The notes beneath the pieces are model-generated. The model ran no database searches, was not told the origin of the DNA, and saw nothing but the letters and a program-made list of their open reading frames with translations. Both the position numbers and the translations under genes were made by a program. Shown in pieces: positions 43,028-56,800 of a stretch of DNA of 64,000 bases (position 1 is its first letter; every line of letters begins with the position of its first letter). The DNA is from Eledone cirrhosa. Lineage: Eukaryota. Where the stretch lies: positions 176,576,001 to 176,640,000 of the forward strand of contig OZ024743.1 in NCBI GenBank assembly GCA_964016885.1, given 5' to 3'.

Positions 43028-43121
43028 GTTCCAAAGAATATATTGACACTTCAACAGCATTCTAATAAGTATTGCCTATACATGTAATCAAAGTGTATAA
43101 ATTTTGGGGGGACATCCTATA
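43022..43121. mobile_element. Tc1-like mini-MITE
   Basis: tagggtgttccaaa...acactt / aagtgtataaattttgggggacatccta, TA-flanked. Confidence 0.6.
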
Positions 43122-43153
43122 TATACATGTGTGTGTGTGTGTGTGTGTGTGTC

Positions 43154-43273
<120 letters not shown>

Positions 43274-43741
43274 CGTGTGTGTGTGTGTGTGTATCGGTGT
43301 CTCTATCGTTGAATGTGTTTGCATTTATGTCTATGTTTCTGTTTATATCTGGTTTCTTCTCGCAGTTCGTCAATAAAAATATATATAAAATAACAAAAAT
43401 ATTCTGGAGCCGATCAAATCGAGTAAATCAATGCACCACCCAGCATGGCCGGGGTCTAATTACTGAGATCTAAAGCGAATAAGAAAATAAATGAATGCCT
43501 GATATTTCAGGATTTTAATTTAAGCTAAGAGAATATGATATTTTGATTGGTATAACATTTCTAAAATTGACGAAATTAGACAAAGAATGCCGAAAAGTAA
43601 CAGAAGCTAGCATTTTATATTACAGGCTGGCGAGTAAATATTTACACACACAAACACATACACACTCAAATTTATATATATATACATATATCTGTGGGTG
43701 TGTATGTATGTACGTATATATATGTATATGTGTGTGTGTGG

Positions 43742-44020
43742 AGACACGTGGCCTAGTGGTAAAGGTGCTGGACTTACAATCATATAACGCGTGGGTTCGA
43801 TTCCTGGGTTGTGTGTTGTGTTTTTGAGCAAGACACTTCATTTCATGTTGCTCCAGTATACTCAGCTGAAAATGAGTACCAGCAATAGCTGTGGGTTTAA
43901 CCCTGCGATGGACTGGCATCCTGTCCAGGAGGAGACTTGTACTCTCAGTCGCTTAACGCCATGAAACCGGGATAAGCACCGGCCAAATGAGCCTTCTGGC
44001 TTAAGACACGATTTAGACAG
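43742..44020 (+). mobile_element. Third tRNA-derived SINE family (CORE/V-domain-like)
   Basis: Box A gtggcctagtggt, box B ggttcgattcc, ttgagcaagacactt, ccctgcgatggactggcatcctgtccagg. Confidence 0.75.
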
Positions 44021-44073
44021 ACTTTAAACTTTAGACTTATATAAATATATATATATATATATATATTCATACT

Positions 44074-44156
44074 TAGCTGTCGAAAAGGCCAGAGCTCAGC
44101 CGTCGGGATCCTGACTCTTTTCCTATTACCCACTCTACTACCCAGTATCGAGTACT
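44074..44156 (+). mobile_element. Family B fragment (single arm)
   Basis: gtcgaaaaggccagagctcagccgtcgggatcc...cctattacccactctactac, in (TA)n. Confidence 0.75.
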
Positions 44157-44179
44157 ATATATATATATACATATATATA

Positions 44180-44217
<38 letters not shown>

Positions 44218-44250
44218 TATATCATTGTATTTAGGTTTACGAACATTACG

Positions 44251-44295
<45 letters not shown>

Positions 44296-44328
44296 TATAT
44301 CATTGTATTTAGGTTTACGAACATTACG

Positions 44329-44367
<39 letters not shown>

Positions 44368-44400
44368 TATATCATTGTATTTAGGTTTACGAACATTACG

Positions 44401-44456
<56 letters not shown>

Positions 44457-44458
<2 letters not shown>

Positions 44459-44625
44459 GTGCATCTGCGGTTCACGAACTTAATTCGTTCCTGAAGGCAG
44501 TTTGTCAACCGAAATGTTCGTAAACCTAAATATACTGAGAGAGAGACTATGAAATACATATCACCATAATAACTAACTACACACCCAGTGACGTTTTCCC
44601 GCCGATACTTCCAGCTTGTCGCCAA
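44457..44625 (+). mobile_element. Tigger/pogo-like DNA transposon end fragment
   Basis: cagtgcatctgcggttcacgaacttaattcgttcc...gttcgtaaacc resembles pogo-type TIRs. Confidence 0.4.
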
Positions 44626-44849
44626 CGTGTGTGTGTATGTGTTTACGTGTGTGTGCGTGTGTGTGTGTGCATACGTACATACACACATATATACATTTAT
44701 CAATTATTTTATGCATAACACATCTTCATGTGCCTTCACGGGTTTTTTTTTTTTGTGTGTGTGCCTGTTAAACCGAACAAATTTATACGTCGAATCAAGT
44801 TTTATTTGTCTTCTATTATTTTTGGTGTTACCATCCATCCATCTGTCCA

Positions 44850-44951
<102 letters not shown>

Positions 44952-45257
44952 TTTACAATAAATCGTTCTCGAATAAAACGGATAAGCATAGGTGAAGAAG
45001 TTATTACAGCTCAAATTATGAGATTTATTATAGTAAACTAGTCAGAAGGTTAAATACAATTCTATTTGTATGAAATCCTTATTTTAGACGTTTAAGTAAA
45101 CATATAGAGCAAATATTACATTGAAAAGTAGACCAAAAACTTAATTATATTATATTTTAAAAAATACATAAATATAATTAACAGTCTGGTCTTCTTTTCA
45201 GTGTTTTATATATATATATAACTGAAACATGATTCACTCATGATTACCTCATATTAT

Positions 45258-45448
45258 TGGCAGTGAATTGGCAGTATCTGTAGAGAGGCGGACGCCAGGC
45301 TTTCTAGCATAGTTACGTCCCTTTACGGTCTGAGTTCAAATCCCGCCGAGGTTAACTTTGCCTTTCATCCTTACGGGGTCGATAAAATAAAGTACCAGTA
45401 ATGTGCTGGATAATTGCTGGCCTTGTGTCAAAAGTAGAAACAATTATT
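45258..45448 (+). mobile_element. Meta/MESC-like SINE (further copies at ~42108-42280 + and 47160-47322 -)
   Basis: Near-consensus copy. Confidence 0.88.
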
Positions 45449-46445
45449 GGTTATTATTGGTTATTTGTTTCTTTCGAATGGAGGGCTGTATTGAGAGACA
45501 GTGAAATCTTAGCGATGGTGTAGGGTTGATCAACCCCAGATTACTCCTCTTTCACAAACTCTGTTATAAGAGACCCTGCAACTATGATCATCTCTGTCTT
45601 TTCCCCCTCATACTCTATCTATTGACAATATAATATACCTCTTTAATTTGAGAGGGTAGATTTTGATTTACTCGAAAGACAATCTAGAAGTTTTCTCGTC
45701 AGCAAATAGTATTTCGGCAGAAATGTATCGACTACAATTTTCTAAATTCCAACCAGTGAGATGAAGATACTGGATTTTAACCCTGATTACGATGATGATT
45801 GTGATAATAACCATATTCAAAATACGAGGACTAAACGAAAACAATATCAAAAACGATGTAAAATACCTTCATCTACACTCACATAAATATATTAGTTGAG
45901 CTTCTTAATTTCCAATACATGATGGGAGACGAGATTTACATTAACATAAATATATTACTTTGTTTGAATGTCTTAATTTTTGTGACACAAGAGGTGACAT
46001 ACCATCGAGTCCGTCACTCTGGTGGTAGAGAACTTGTATAAATAATTCTTTAGAATATATTTTAGAATTACAAAATTACGTAATGAGAAAATGGAGAATG
46101 GGTAAGATCTGTTGAAAATAAAATTCTTCTAAATAACCTTTAGAATTTAGGTACAAAATGTTCCAAAATAATTTTACTTGTTCTGAAGAGCACCTCGAGT
46201 ATAAACTAAAATTAAGAACCATTGGGTTAGGTATAATAATCTGCATAATTTAATGACTGATTACGAGTGTGACAACGGGAATTACATTAATGTAGACCTA
46301 TGACTTACGTTGAAAGTTACCATTTCGTACCTCAAATGTAACACTAGAGCGATGTCAACATGAATGGCATTATTTTTTTATCTAAAGACTTTTTTTCCAA
46401 TTCCATCCCGCCCAACCCCTCAATCTATCTTATTTCTCATTCTTG

Positions 46446-46479
46446 CTTCTGATGAAGGACTAGCATAAGAAACGTTAAG
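46446..46479 (+). ncRNA. Decayed minimal hammerhead-like motif
   Basis: CTT CTGATGA aggactagcataa GAAACGTT AAG; stem II no longer pairs. Confidence 0.35.
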
Positions 46480-46527
46480 ACCCTCTTCCTGCTGTACCGA
46501 TTGTGTTGTTATTTCTGTTTACCTTTT

Positions 46528-46650
<123 letters not shown>

Positions 46651-47857
46651 CTAGTATATATCATACAGCCACATGTTGTTTAGATCCAGACTAGCCATAA
46701 TCGAACAGACCTATAAGCCAGGCATCTTCAAACAACACAAATATTAGCGTGGCTATCCCAATGTTTCAAAGCACAATTTATCCCAGACTGCATTTCCCAA
46801 TATGCACTTTCCTTTTATAAAGACTCTAGGTCGTGATTTAAAAGAGCAATGATTGTTATTTCTAGCATACCGAGTGATCTCATAGAAATGCTATTGTATG
46901 TATGTATGTATGTATGTATGTATGTATGTATGTATGTATGTATGTATGTATGTATGTATGTATGTATGTATGTATGTATGTATGCGCAGGGGCACCATCG
47001 TGACCACGGCGAATCTTGGGAACTTCAAACTTAGCGGAGCCCATCCACTAACGTAGTCTGAACACAGGCGGCCTCTTCCAGAGAAGGACAGAGAGAAAGT
47101 GAGTGTGTGTATGTGCGTGTGTGTGGGGGGGGGGGGGGTAAGAGAGAGAGAGAAAAAAAGAAAAATCGACTTTAGTACTGAATTGATATTTATTTATCAA
47201 CTTCGAAAGGATGAAAGGCAAAGTTGACCTCGGCGGGATTTGACCTCTCAGAGCGCAGCGAGCTGGAACAAATACTGCTCACCAATCTATCAGACGTTCT
47301 AACGATTCTACCAATTTGCCAACTTAGAGACTCTATTAATAGCTTGTAAAAAAAACACGTGATAATGGATAAGATCTGTTGTGAAAACTGGTTTCACGAA
47401 TTCTACAGCATTATTCCTGTTATAATCCGAAACAATGATCTGTTATAATCGATTAGATGATATTTAAACTGTTATATTTCAATTTTAAACAAGATTCAAT
47501 AATAAATTTATCTTTAATCTTTTTATTTTGTTATATTTTGTTTTCTGTATTCTATGATTTAATTGTTATTGTTGTTATTTTCGTTATTTTTATTCTATTT
47601 AAATCAAAACTCCAAGTTACATTGAATTGGATTCCTGTTAATAAAAATATCAAGAAGAAATTATATTATATTTAGTATATACAGTGTCGTTTTGTATTTT
47701 GATTTAATTTATTTTCAGAAATTCTTCGTGAGTATAAATTTCTATTTACTAAGAAGAGGTTTTCGATTATATATGAGATTTGTTAAACATTTACTAAATT
47801 ATGCAATAAACTCTATGAAAAAGACTATCGCTGTTTTTTTTTATTTTTTATTTTATT

Positions 47858-50800
47858 GTGTGTTAGTTTGTGTAGGTATTGTGTGTTAGTGTGTGTAGTA
47901 GGCATTGTGTGTTAGTGTGTGGAGTAGTTATTGTGTGTTAGTGTGTGTAGTAGGTATTGTGTGTTAGTGTGTGTAGTAGATATTGTCTATAGTAGGTATT
48001 GTGTGTTAGAGAGTGTAGTAGGTATTGGGTGTTAGTGTGTGTAGTAGGTAGTGTGTGTTAGTGTGTGTAGTAGGTATTGTGTGTTAGTGTGTGTAGTAGG
48101 TATTGTGTGTTAGTGTGTGTAGTTGGTATTGTGTGTTAGTGTGTGTAGTAGGTATTGTGTGTTAGTGTGTGTAGTTGGTATTGTGTGTTAGTGTGTGTAG
48201 TAGGTATTGTGTGTTAGTGTGTGTAGAAGGTATTGTCTATAGTAGGTATTGTGTGTTAGTGTGTGTAGAAGGTATTGTGTGTTAGTGTGTATAGTAGGTA
48301 TTGTGTGTTAGTGTGTGTAGTAGGTATTGTGTGTTAGTGAGTGTAGTAGGTATTGTGTGTTAGTGTGTGTAGTAGGTATTGTGTGTTAGTGTGTGTAGTC
48401 GGTATTGTGTGTTAGTGTGTGTAGTAGGTATTGTGTGTTAGTTTGTGTAGTAGGTATTGTGTGTTAGTGTGTGTAGTTGGTATTGTGTGTTAGTTTGTGT
48501 AGTAGGTATTGTGTGCTAGTGTGTGTAGTAGGTATTGTGTATTAGTGAGTGTAGAAGGTATTGTGTGTTAGTGTGTGTAGTAGGTATTGTGTGTTAGTGT
48601 GTGTAGTAGGTATTGTGTGTTAGTGTGTGTAGTAGGTATTGTGTGTTAGTGTGTGTAGTAGACATTGTCTAGAGTAGGTATTGTGTGTTAGTGAGTGTAG
48701 TAGGTATTGGGTGTTAGTGTGTGTAGTAGGTAGTGTGTGTTAGTGTGTGTAGTAGGTATTGTGTGTTAGTGTGTGTCGTAGGTATTGTGTGTTAGTGTGT
48801 GTAGTAGGTATTGTGTGTTAGTGTCTATAGTAGGTATTGTGTGTTAGTGTGTGTAGTAGGTATTGTGTGTTAGTGTGTGTAGTAGGTATTTTCTATAGTA
48901 GGTATTGTGTGTTAGTGTGTGTAGTAGGTATTGTGTGTAGTGTGTGTAGTAGGTATTGTGTGTTAGTGTGTGTCGTAGGTATTGTGTGTTAGTGTGTGTA
49001 GTAGGTATTGTGTGTTAGTGTCTATAGTAGATATTGTGTGTTAGTGTGTGTAGTAGGTATTGTGTGTTAGTGTGTGTAGTAGGTATTTTCTATAGTAGGT
49101 ATTGTGTGTTAGTGTGTGTAGTAGGTATTGTGTGTTACTGTGTGTAGTAGGTATTGTGTGTTAGTTTGTGTAGTAGGTATTGTGTGTTAGTGTGTGTAGT
49201 AGGTATTGTGTGTTAGTGAGTGTAGTAGATATTGTGTGTTAGTGTGTGTAGTAGGTATTGTGTGTTAGTGTGTGTAGTAGGTATTGTCTATAGTAGGTAT
49301 TGTGTGTTAGTGTGTGTAGTAGGTATTGTGTGTTAGTGTGTGTAGTAGGTATTGTGTGTTAGAGTGTGTAGTAGGTATTGTGTTTTAGTGTCTATAGTAG
49401 GTATTGTGTGTTAGTGAGTGTAGAAGGTATTGTGTGTTAGTGTGTGTAGTAGGTATTGTGTGTTAGTGAGTGTAGTAGGTATTGTGTGTTAGTGTGTGTA
49501 GTAGGCATTGTGTGTTAGTGTGTGGAGTAGTTATTGTGTGTTAGTGTGTGTAGTAGGTATTGTGTGTTAGTGTGTGTAGTAGATATTGTCTATAGTAGGT
49601 AGTGTGTGTTAGAGAGTGTAGTAGGTATTGGGTATTAGAGAGTGTAGTAGGTATTGGGTATTAGTGTGTGTAGTAGGTAGTGTGTGTTAGTGTGTGTAGT
49701 AGGTATTGTGTGTTAGTGTGTGTAGTTGGTATTGTGTGTTATTGTGTGTAGTAGGTATTGTGTGTTAGTGTGTGTAGTTGGTATTGTGTGTTAGTGTGTG
49801 TAGTATGTATTGTGTGTTAGTGTGTGTAGAAGGTATTGTGTGTTAGTGTGTATAGTAGGTATTGTGTGTTAGTGTGTGTAGTAGGTATTGTGTGTTAGTG
49901 AGTGTAGTAGGTATTGTGTGTTAGTGTGTGTAGTAGGTATTGTGTGTTAGTGTGTGTAATAGGTATTGTGTGTTAGTGTGTGTAGTAGGTATTGTGTGTA
50001 GTTGGTATTGTGTGTTAGTTTGTGTAGTAGGTATTGTGTGTTAGTTTGTGTAGTAGGTATTGTGTATTAGTGAGTGTAGAATGTATCGTGTGTTAGTGTG
50101 TGTAGTAGGTATTGTGTGTTAGTGTGTGTAGTAGATATTGTCTAGAGTAGGTATTGTGTGTTAGTGAGTGTAGTAGGTATTGGGTGTTAGTGTGTGTAGT
50201 AGGTAGTGTGTGTTAGTGTGTGTAGTAGGTATTGTGTGTTAGTGTGTGTCGTAGGTATTGTGTGTTAGTGTGTGTAGTAGGTATTGTGTGTTAGTGCCTA
50301 TAGTAGGTATTGTGTGTTAGTGTGTGTAGTAGGTATTGTGTGTTAGTGTGTGTAGTAGGTATTTTCTATAGTAGGTATTGTGTGTTAGTGTGTGTAGTAG
50401 GTATTGTGTGTAGTGTGTGTAGTAGGTATTGTGTGTTAGTGTGTGTCGTAGGTATTGTGTGTTAGTGTGTGTAGTAGGTATTGTGTGTTAGTGTCTATAG
50501 TAGATAGTGTGTGTTAGTGTGTGTAGTAGGTATTGTGTGTTAGTGTGTGTAGTAGGTATTTTCTATAGTAGGTATTGTGTGTTAGTGTGTGTAGTAGGTA
50601 TTGTGTGTTACTGTGTGTAGTAGGTATTGAGTGTTAGTTTGTGTAGTAGGTATTGTGTTTTAGTGTGTGTAGTAGGCATTGTGTGTTAGTGTGTGGAGTA
50701 GTTATTGTGTGTTAGTGTGTGTAGTAGGTATTGTGTGTTAGTGTGTGTTGTAGATATTGTCTATAGTAGGTATTGTGTGTTAGAGAGTGTAGTAGGTATT

Positions 50801-53800
50801 GGGTGTTAGTGTGTGTAGTAGGTATTGTGTGTTAGTGTGTGTAGTAGGTATTGTGTGTTAGTGTGTGTAGTTGGTATTGTGTGTTAGTGTGTGTAGTAGG
50901 TATTGTGTGTTAGTGTGTGTAGTTGGTATTGTGTGTTAGTGTGTGTAGTAGGTATTGTGTGTTAGTGTGTGTAGAAGGTATTGTCTATAGTAGGTATTGT
51001 GTGTTAGTGTGTGTAGAAGGTATTGTGTGTTAGTGTGTATAGTAGGTATTGTGTGTTAGTGTGTGTAGTAGGTATTGTGTGTTAGTGAGTGTAGTAGGTA
51101 TTGTGTGTTAGTGTGTGTAGTAGGTATTGTGTGTTAGTGTGTGTAGTCGGTATTGTGTGTTAGTGTGTGTAGTAGGTATTGTGTGTTAGTTTGTGTAGTA
51201 GGTATTGTGTGTTAGTGTGTGTAGTTGGTATTGTGTGTTAGTTTGTGTAGTAGGTATTGTGTGCTAGTGTGTGTAGTAGGTATTGTGTATTAGTGAGTGT
51301 AGAAGGTATTGTGTGTTAGTGTGTGTAGTAGGTATTGTGTGTTAGTGTGTGTAGTAGGTATTGTGTGTTAGTGTGTGTAGTAGGTATTGTGTGTTAGTGT
51401 GTGTAGTAGACATTGTCTAGAGTAGGTATTGTGTGTTAGTGAGTGTAGTAGGTATTGTGTGTTAGTGTGTGTAGTAGACATTGTCTAGAGTAGGTATTGT
51501 GTGTTAGTGAGTGTAGTAGGTATTGGGTGTTAGTGTGTGTAGTAGGTAGTGTGTGTTAGTGTGTGTAGTAGGTATTGTGTGTTAGTGTGTGTCGTGGGTA
51601 TTGTGTGTTAGTGTGTGTAGTAGGTATTGTGTGTTAGTGTCTATAGTAGGTATTGTGTGTTAGTGTGTGTAGTAGGTATTGTGTGTTAGTGTGTGTAGTA
51701 GGTATTTTCTATAGTAGGTATTGTGTGTTAGTGTGTGTAGTAGGTATTGTGTGTAGTGTGTGTAGTAGGTATTGTGTGTTAGTGTGTGTCGTAGGTATTG
51801 TGTGTTAGTGTGTGTAGTAGGTATTGTGTGTTAGTGTCTATAGTAGATATTGTGTGTTAGTGTGTGTAGTAGGTATTGTGTGTTAGTGTGTGTAGTAGGT
51901 ATTTTCTATAGTAGGTATTGTGTGTTAGTGTGTGTAGTAGGTATTGTGTGTTACTGTGTGTAGTAGGTATTGTGTGTTAGTTTGTGTAGTAGGTATTGTG
52001 TGTTAGTGTGTGTAGTAGGTATTGTGTGTTAGTGAGTGTAGTAGATATTGTGTGTTAGTGTGTGTAGTAGGTATTGTGTGTTAGTGTGTGTAGTAGGTAT
52101 TGTCTATAGTAGGTATTGTGTGTTAGTGTGTGTAGTAGGTATTGTGTGTTAGTGTGTGTAGTAGGTATTGTGTGTTAGAGTGTGTAGTAGGTATTGTGTT
52201 TTAGTGTCTATAGTAGGTATTGTGTGTTAGTGAGTGTAGAAGGTATTGTGTGTTAGTGTGTGTAGTAGGTATTGTGTGTTAGTGAGTGTAGTAGGTATTG
52301 TGTGTTAGTGTGTGTAGTAGGCATTGTGTGTTAGTGTGTGGAGTAGTTATTGTGTGTTAGTGTGTGTAGTAGGTATTGTGTGTTAGTGTGTGTAGTAGAT
52401 ATTGTCTATAGTAGGTAGTGTGTGTTAGAGAGTGTAGTAGGTATTGGGTATTAGAGAGTGTAGTAGGTATTGGGTATTAGTGTGTGTAGTAGGTAGTGTG
52501 TGTTAGTGTGTGTAGTAGGTATTGTGTGTTAGTGTGTGTAGTTGGTATTGTGTGTTAGTGTGTGTAGTAGGTATTGTGTGTTAGTGTGTGTAGTTGGTAT
52601 TGTGTGTTAGTGTGTGTAGTATGTATTGTGTGTTAGTGTGTGTAGAAGGTATTGTGTGTTAGTGTGTATAGTAGGTATTGTGTGTTAGTGTGTGTAGTAG
52701 GTATTGTGTGTTAGTGAGTGTAGTAGGTATTGTGTGTTAGTGTGTGTAGTAGGTATTGTGTGTTAGTGTGTGTAATAGGTATTGTGTGTTAGTGTGTGTA
52801 GTAGGTATTGTGTGTAGTTGGTATTGTGTGTTAGTTTGTGTAGTAGGTATTGTGTGTTAGTGTGTGTAGTAGGTATTGTGTATTAGTGAGTGTAGAAGGT
52901 ATCGTGTGTTAGTGTGTGTAGTAGGTATTGTGTGTTAGTGTGTGTAGTAGATATTGTCTAGAGTAGGTATTGTGTGTTAGTGAGTGTAGTAGGTATTGGG
53001 TGTTAGTGTGTGTAGTAGGTAGTGTGTGTTAGTGTGTGTAGTAGGTATTGTGTGTTAGTGTGTGTCGTAGGTATTGTGTGTTAGTGTGTGTAGTAGGTAT
53101 TGTGTGTTAGTGCCTATAGTAGGTATTGTGTGTTAGTGTGTGTAGTAGGTATTGTGTGTTAGTGTGTGTAGTAGGTATTTTCTATAGTAGGTATTGTGTG
53201 TTAGTGTGTGTAGTAGGTATTGTGTGTAGTGTGTGTAGTAGGTATTGTGTGTTAGTGTGTGTCGTAGGTATTGTGTGTTAGTGTGTGTAGTAGGTATTGT
53301 GTGTTAGTGTCTATAGTAGATAGTGTGTGTTAGTGTGTGTAGTAGGTATTGTGTGTTAGTGTGTGTAGTAGGTATTTTCTATAGTAGGTATTGTGTGTTA
53401 GTGTGTGTAGTAGGTATTGTGTGTTACTGTGTGTAGTAGGTATTGAGTGTTAGTTTGTGTAGTAGGTATTGTGTTTTAGTGTGTGTAGTAGGTATTGTGT
53501 GTTAGTGATTGTAGTAGATATTGTGTGTTAGTGTGTGTAGTTGGTATTGTGTGTTAGTGTGTGTAGTAGGTATTGTCTATAGTAGGTATTGTGTGTTAGT
53601 GTGTGTAGTAGGTATTGTGTGTTAGTGTGTGTAGTAGGTATTGTGTGTTAGAGAGTTTAGTAGGTATTTGTTTTAGTGTCTATAGTAGGTATTGTGTGTT
53701 AGTGAGTGTAGAAGGTATTGTGTTTTAGTGTGTGTAGTAGGTATTGTGTGTTAGTGAGTGTAGTAGGTATTGTGTGTTAGTGTGTGTAGTAGGCATTGTG

Positions 53801-56800
53801 TGTTAGTGTGTGGAGTAGTTATTGTGTGTTAGTGTGTGTAGTTGGTATTGTGTATTAGTGTGTGTAGTAGGTATTGTGTGTTAGTGTGTGTAGTTGGTAT
53901 TGTGTGTTAGTGTGTGTAGTAGGTATTGTGTGTTAGTGTGTGTAGAAGGTATTGTGTGTTAGTGTGTGTAGTAGGTATCGTGTGTTAGTTTGTGTAGTAG
54001 GTATTGTGTGTTAGTGTGTGTAGTTGGTATTGTGTGTTAGTTTGTGTAGTAGGTATTGTGTGTTAGTGTGTGTAGTAGGTATTGTGTATTAGTGAGTGTA
54101 GAAGGTATTGTGTGTTAGTGTGTGTAGTAGGTATTGTGTGTTAGTGTGTGTAGTAGGTATTGTGTGTTAGTGTGTGTAGTAGATATTGTTTAGAGTAGGT
54201 ATTGTGTGTTAGTGAGTGTAGTAGGTATTGGGTGTTAGTGTGTGTAGTAGGTATTGTGTGTTAGTGTGTATAGTAGGTATTGTGTGTTAGAGTGTGTAGT
54301 AGGTATTGTGTGTTAGTGAGTGTAGTAGGTATTGTGTGTTAGTGTGTGTAGTAGGTATTGTGTGTTAGTGTGTGTAGTAGGTATTGTGTGTTAGTGTGTG
54401 TAGTAGGTATTGTGTGTTAGTGTGTGTAGTAGGTATTGTGTGTTAGTGTGTGTAGTAGGTATTGTGTGTTAGTTTGTGTAGTAGGTATTTTGTGTTAGTG
54501 TGTGTAGTTGGTATTGTGTGTTAGTTTGTGTAGTAGGTATTGTGTGTTAGTGTGTGTAGTAGGTATTGTGTGTTAGTGTGTGTAGTAGGTATTGTGTGTT
54601 AGTGTCTATAGTAGGTATTGTGTGTTAGTGTGTGTAGTAGGTATTGTGTGTTAGTGTGTGTAGTAGGTATTGTGTGTTAGTGTGTGTAGTAGGTATTGTG
54701 TGTTAGTGTGTGTAGTAGATATTGTTTAGAGTAGGTATTGTGTGTTAGTGAGTGTAGTAGGTATTTTGTGTTAGTGTGTGTAGTAGGTAGTGTGTGTTAG
54801 TGTGTGTAGTAGGTATTGTGTGTTAGTGTGTGTAGTAGGTATTGTGTGTTAGTGTGTGTAGTTGGTATTGTGTGTTAGTGTGTGTAGTAGGTATTGTGTG
54901 TTAGTGTGTGTAGTTGGTATTGTGTGTTAGTGTGTGTAGTAGGTATTGTGTGTTAGTGTGTGTAGAAGGTATTGTCTATAGTAGGAATTGTGTGTTAGTG
55001 TGTGTAGAAGGTATTGTGTGTTAGTGTGTATAGTAGGTATTGTGTGTTAGTGTGTGTAGTAGGTATTGTGTGTTAGTGAGTATAGTAGGTATTGTGTGTT
55101 AGTGTGTGTAGTAGGTATTGTGTGTTAGTGTGTGTAGTAGGTATTGTGTGTTAGTGTGTGTAGTAGGTATCGTGTGTTAGTTTGTGTAGTAGGTATTGTG
55201 TGTTAGTGTGTGTAGTTGGTATTGTGTGTTAGTTTGTGTAGTAGGTATTGTGTGTTAGTGTGTGTAGTAGGTATTGTGTATTAGTGAGTGTAGAAGGTAT
55301 TGTGTGTTAGTGTGTGTAGTAGGTATTGTGTGTTAGTGTGTGTAGTAGGTATTGTATGTTAGTGTGTGTAGTAGATATTGTTTAGAGTAGGTATTGTGTG
55401 TTAGTGAGTGTAGTAGGTATTGGGTGTTAGTGTGTGTAGTAGGTAGTGTGTGTTAGTGTGTGTAGTAGGTATTAGGTGTTAGTGTGTGTGGTAGGTATTG
55501 TGTGTTAGTGTGTGTAGTAGGTATTGTGTGTTAGTGTCTATAGTAGGTATTGTGTGTTAGTGTGTGTAGTAGGTATTGTGTGTTAGTGTGTGTAGTAGGT
55601 ACTTTCTATAGTAGGTATTGTGTGTTAGTGTGTGTAGTAGGTATTGTGTGTAGTGTGTGTAGTAGGTATTGTGTGTTAGTGTGTGTCGTAGGTATTGTGT
55701 GTTAGTGTGTGTAGTAGGTATTGTGTGTTAGTGTCTATAGTAGATATTGTGTGTTAGTGTGTGTAGTAGGTATTGTGTGTTAGTGTGTGTAGTAGGTATT
55801 TTCTATAGTAGGTATTGCGTGTTAGTGTGTGTAGTAGGTATTGTGTGTTAGTGTGTGTAGTAGGTATTGTGTGTTAGTGTGTAGTAGGTATTGTGTGTTA
55901 GTGAGTGTAGTAGGTATTGTGTATTAGTGTGTGTAGTAGGTATTGTGTGTTAGTGTGTGTAGTAGGTATTGTGTGTTAGTTTGTGTAGTAGGTATTGTAT
56001 GTTAGTGTGTATAGTAGGTATTGTGTATTAGTGTGTGTAGTAGGTATTGTGTGTTAGTGTGTGTAGTAGGTATTGTGTGTTAGTGTCTGTAGTAGGTATT
56101 GTGTTTTAGTGTGTATAGTAGGTATTGTGTGTTAGTGTGTGTAGTAGGTATTGTGTGTTAGTGTGTGTAGTAGGTATTGTATGTTAGTGTGTATAGTAGG
56201 TATTGTGTGTTAGTGTGTGTAGTAGGTATTGTATGTTAGTGTGTATAGTAGGTATTGTGTTTTAGTGTGTATAGTAGGTATTGTGTGTTAGTGTGTGTAG
56301 AAGGTATTGTGTGTTAGTGTGTGTAGTAGGTATTGTGTGTTAGTGTGTGTAGTAGGTATTGTGTGTTAGTGTGTGTAGTAGGTTTTGTGCGTTAGTGTGT
56401 GTAGTAGGTATTGTGTGTTAGTGTGTGTAGTTGGTATTGTGTGTTAGTGTGTGTAGTAGGTATTGTGTGTTAGTGTGTGTAGAAGGTATTGTCTATAGTA
56501 GGTATTGTGTGTTAGTGTGTGTAGAAGGTATTGTCTATAGTAGGTATTGTGTGTTAGTGTGTGTAGAAGATATTGTGTGTTAGTGTGTATAGTAGGTATT
56601 GTGTGATAGTGTGTGTAGTAGGTATTGTGTGTTAGTGAGTGTAGTAGGTATTGTGTGTTAGTGTGTGTAGTAGGTATTGTGTGTTAGTGTGTGTAGTAGG
56701 TATTGTGTGTTAGTGTGTATAGTAGGTATTGTGTGTTAGTTTGTGTAGTAGGTATTGTGTGTTAGTGAGTGTAGTAGCTATTATGTGTTAGTGTGTGTAG

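Noticed and set aside
43742-43810. tRNA gene (also 36870-36920 and 42410-42475)
   Set aside because: A/B boxes belong to SINE heads; no acceptor stem, and the sequence continues into the SINE body
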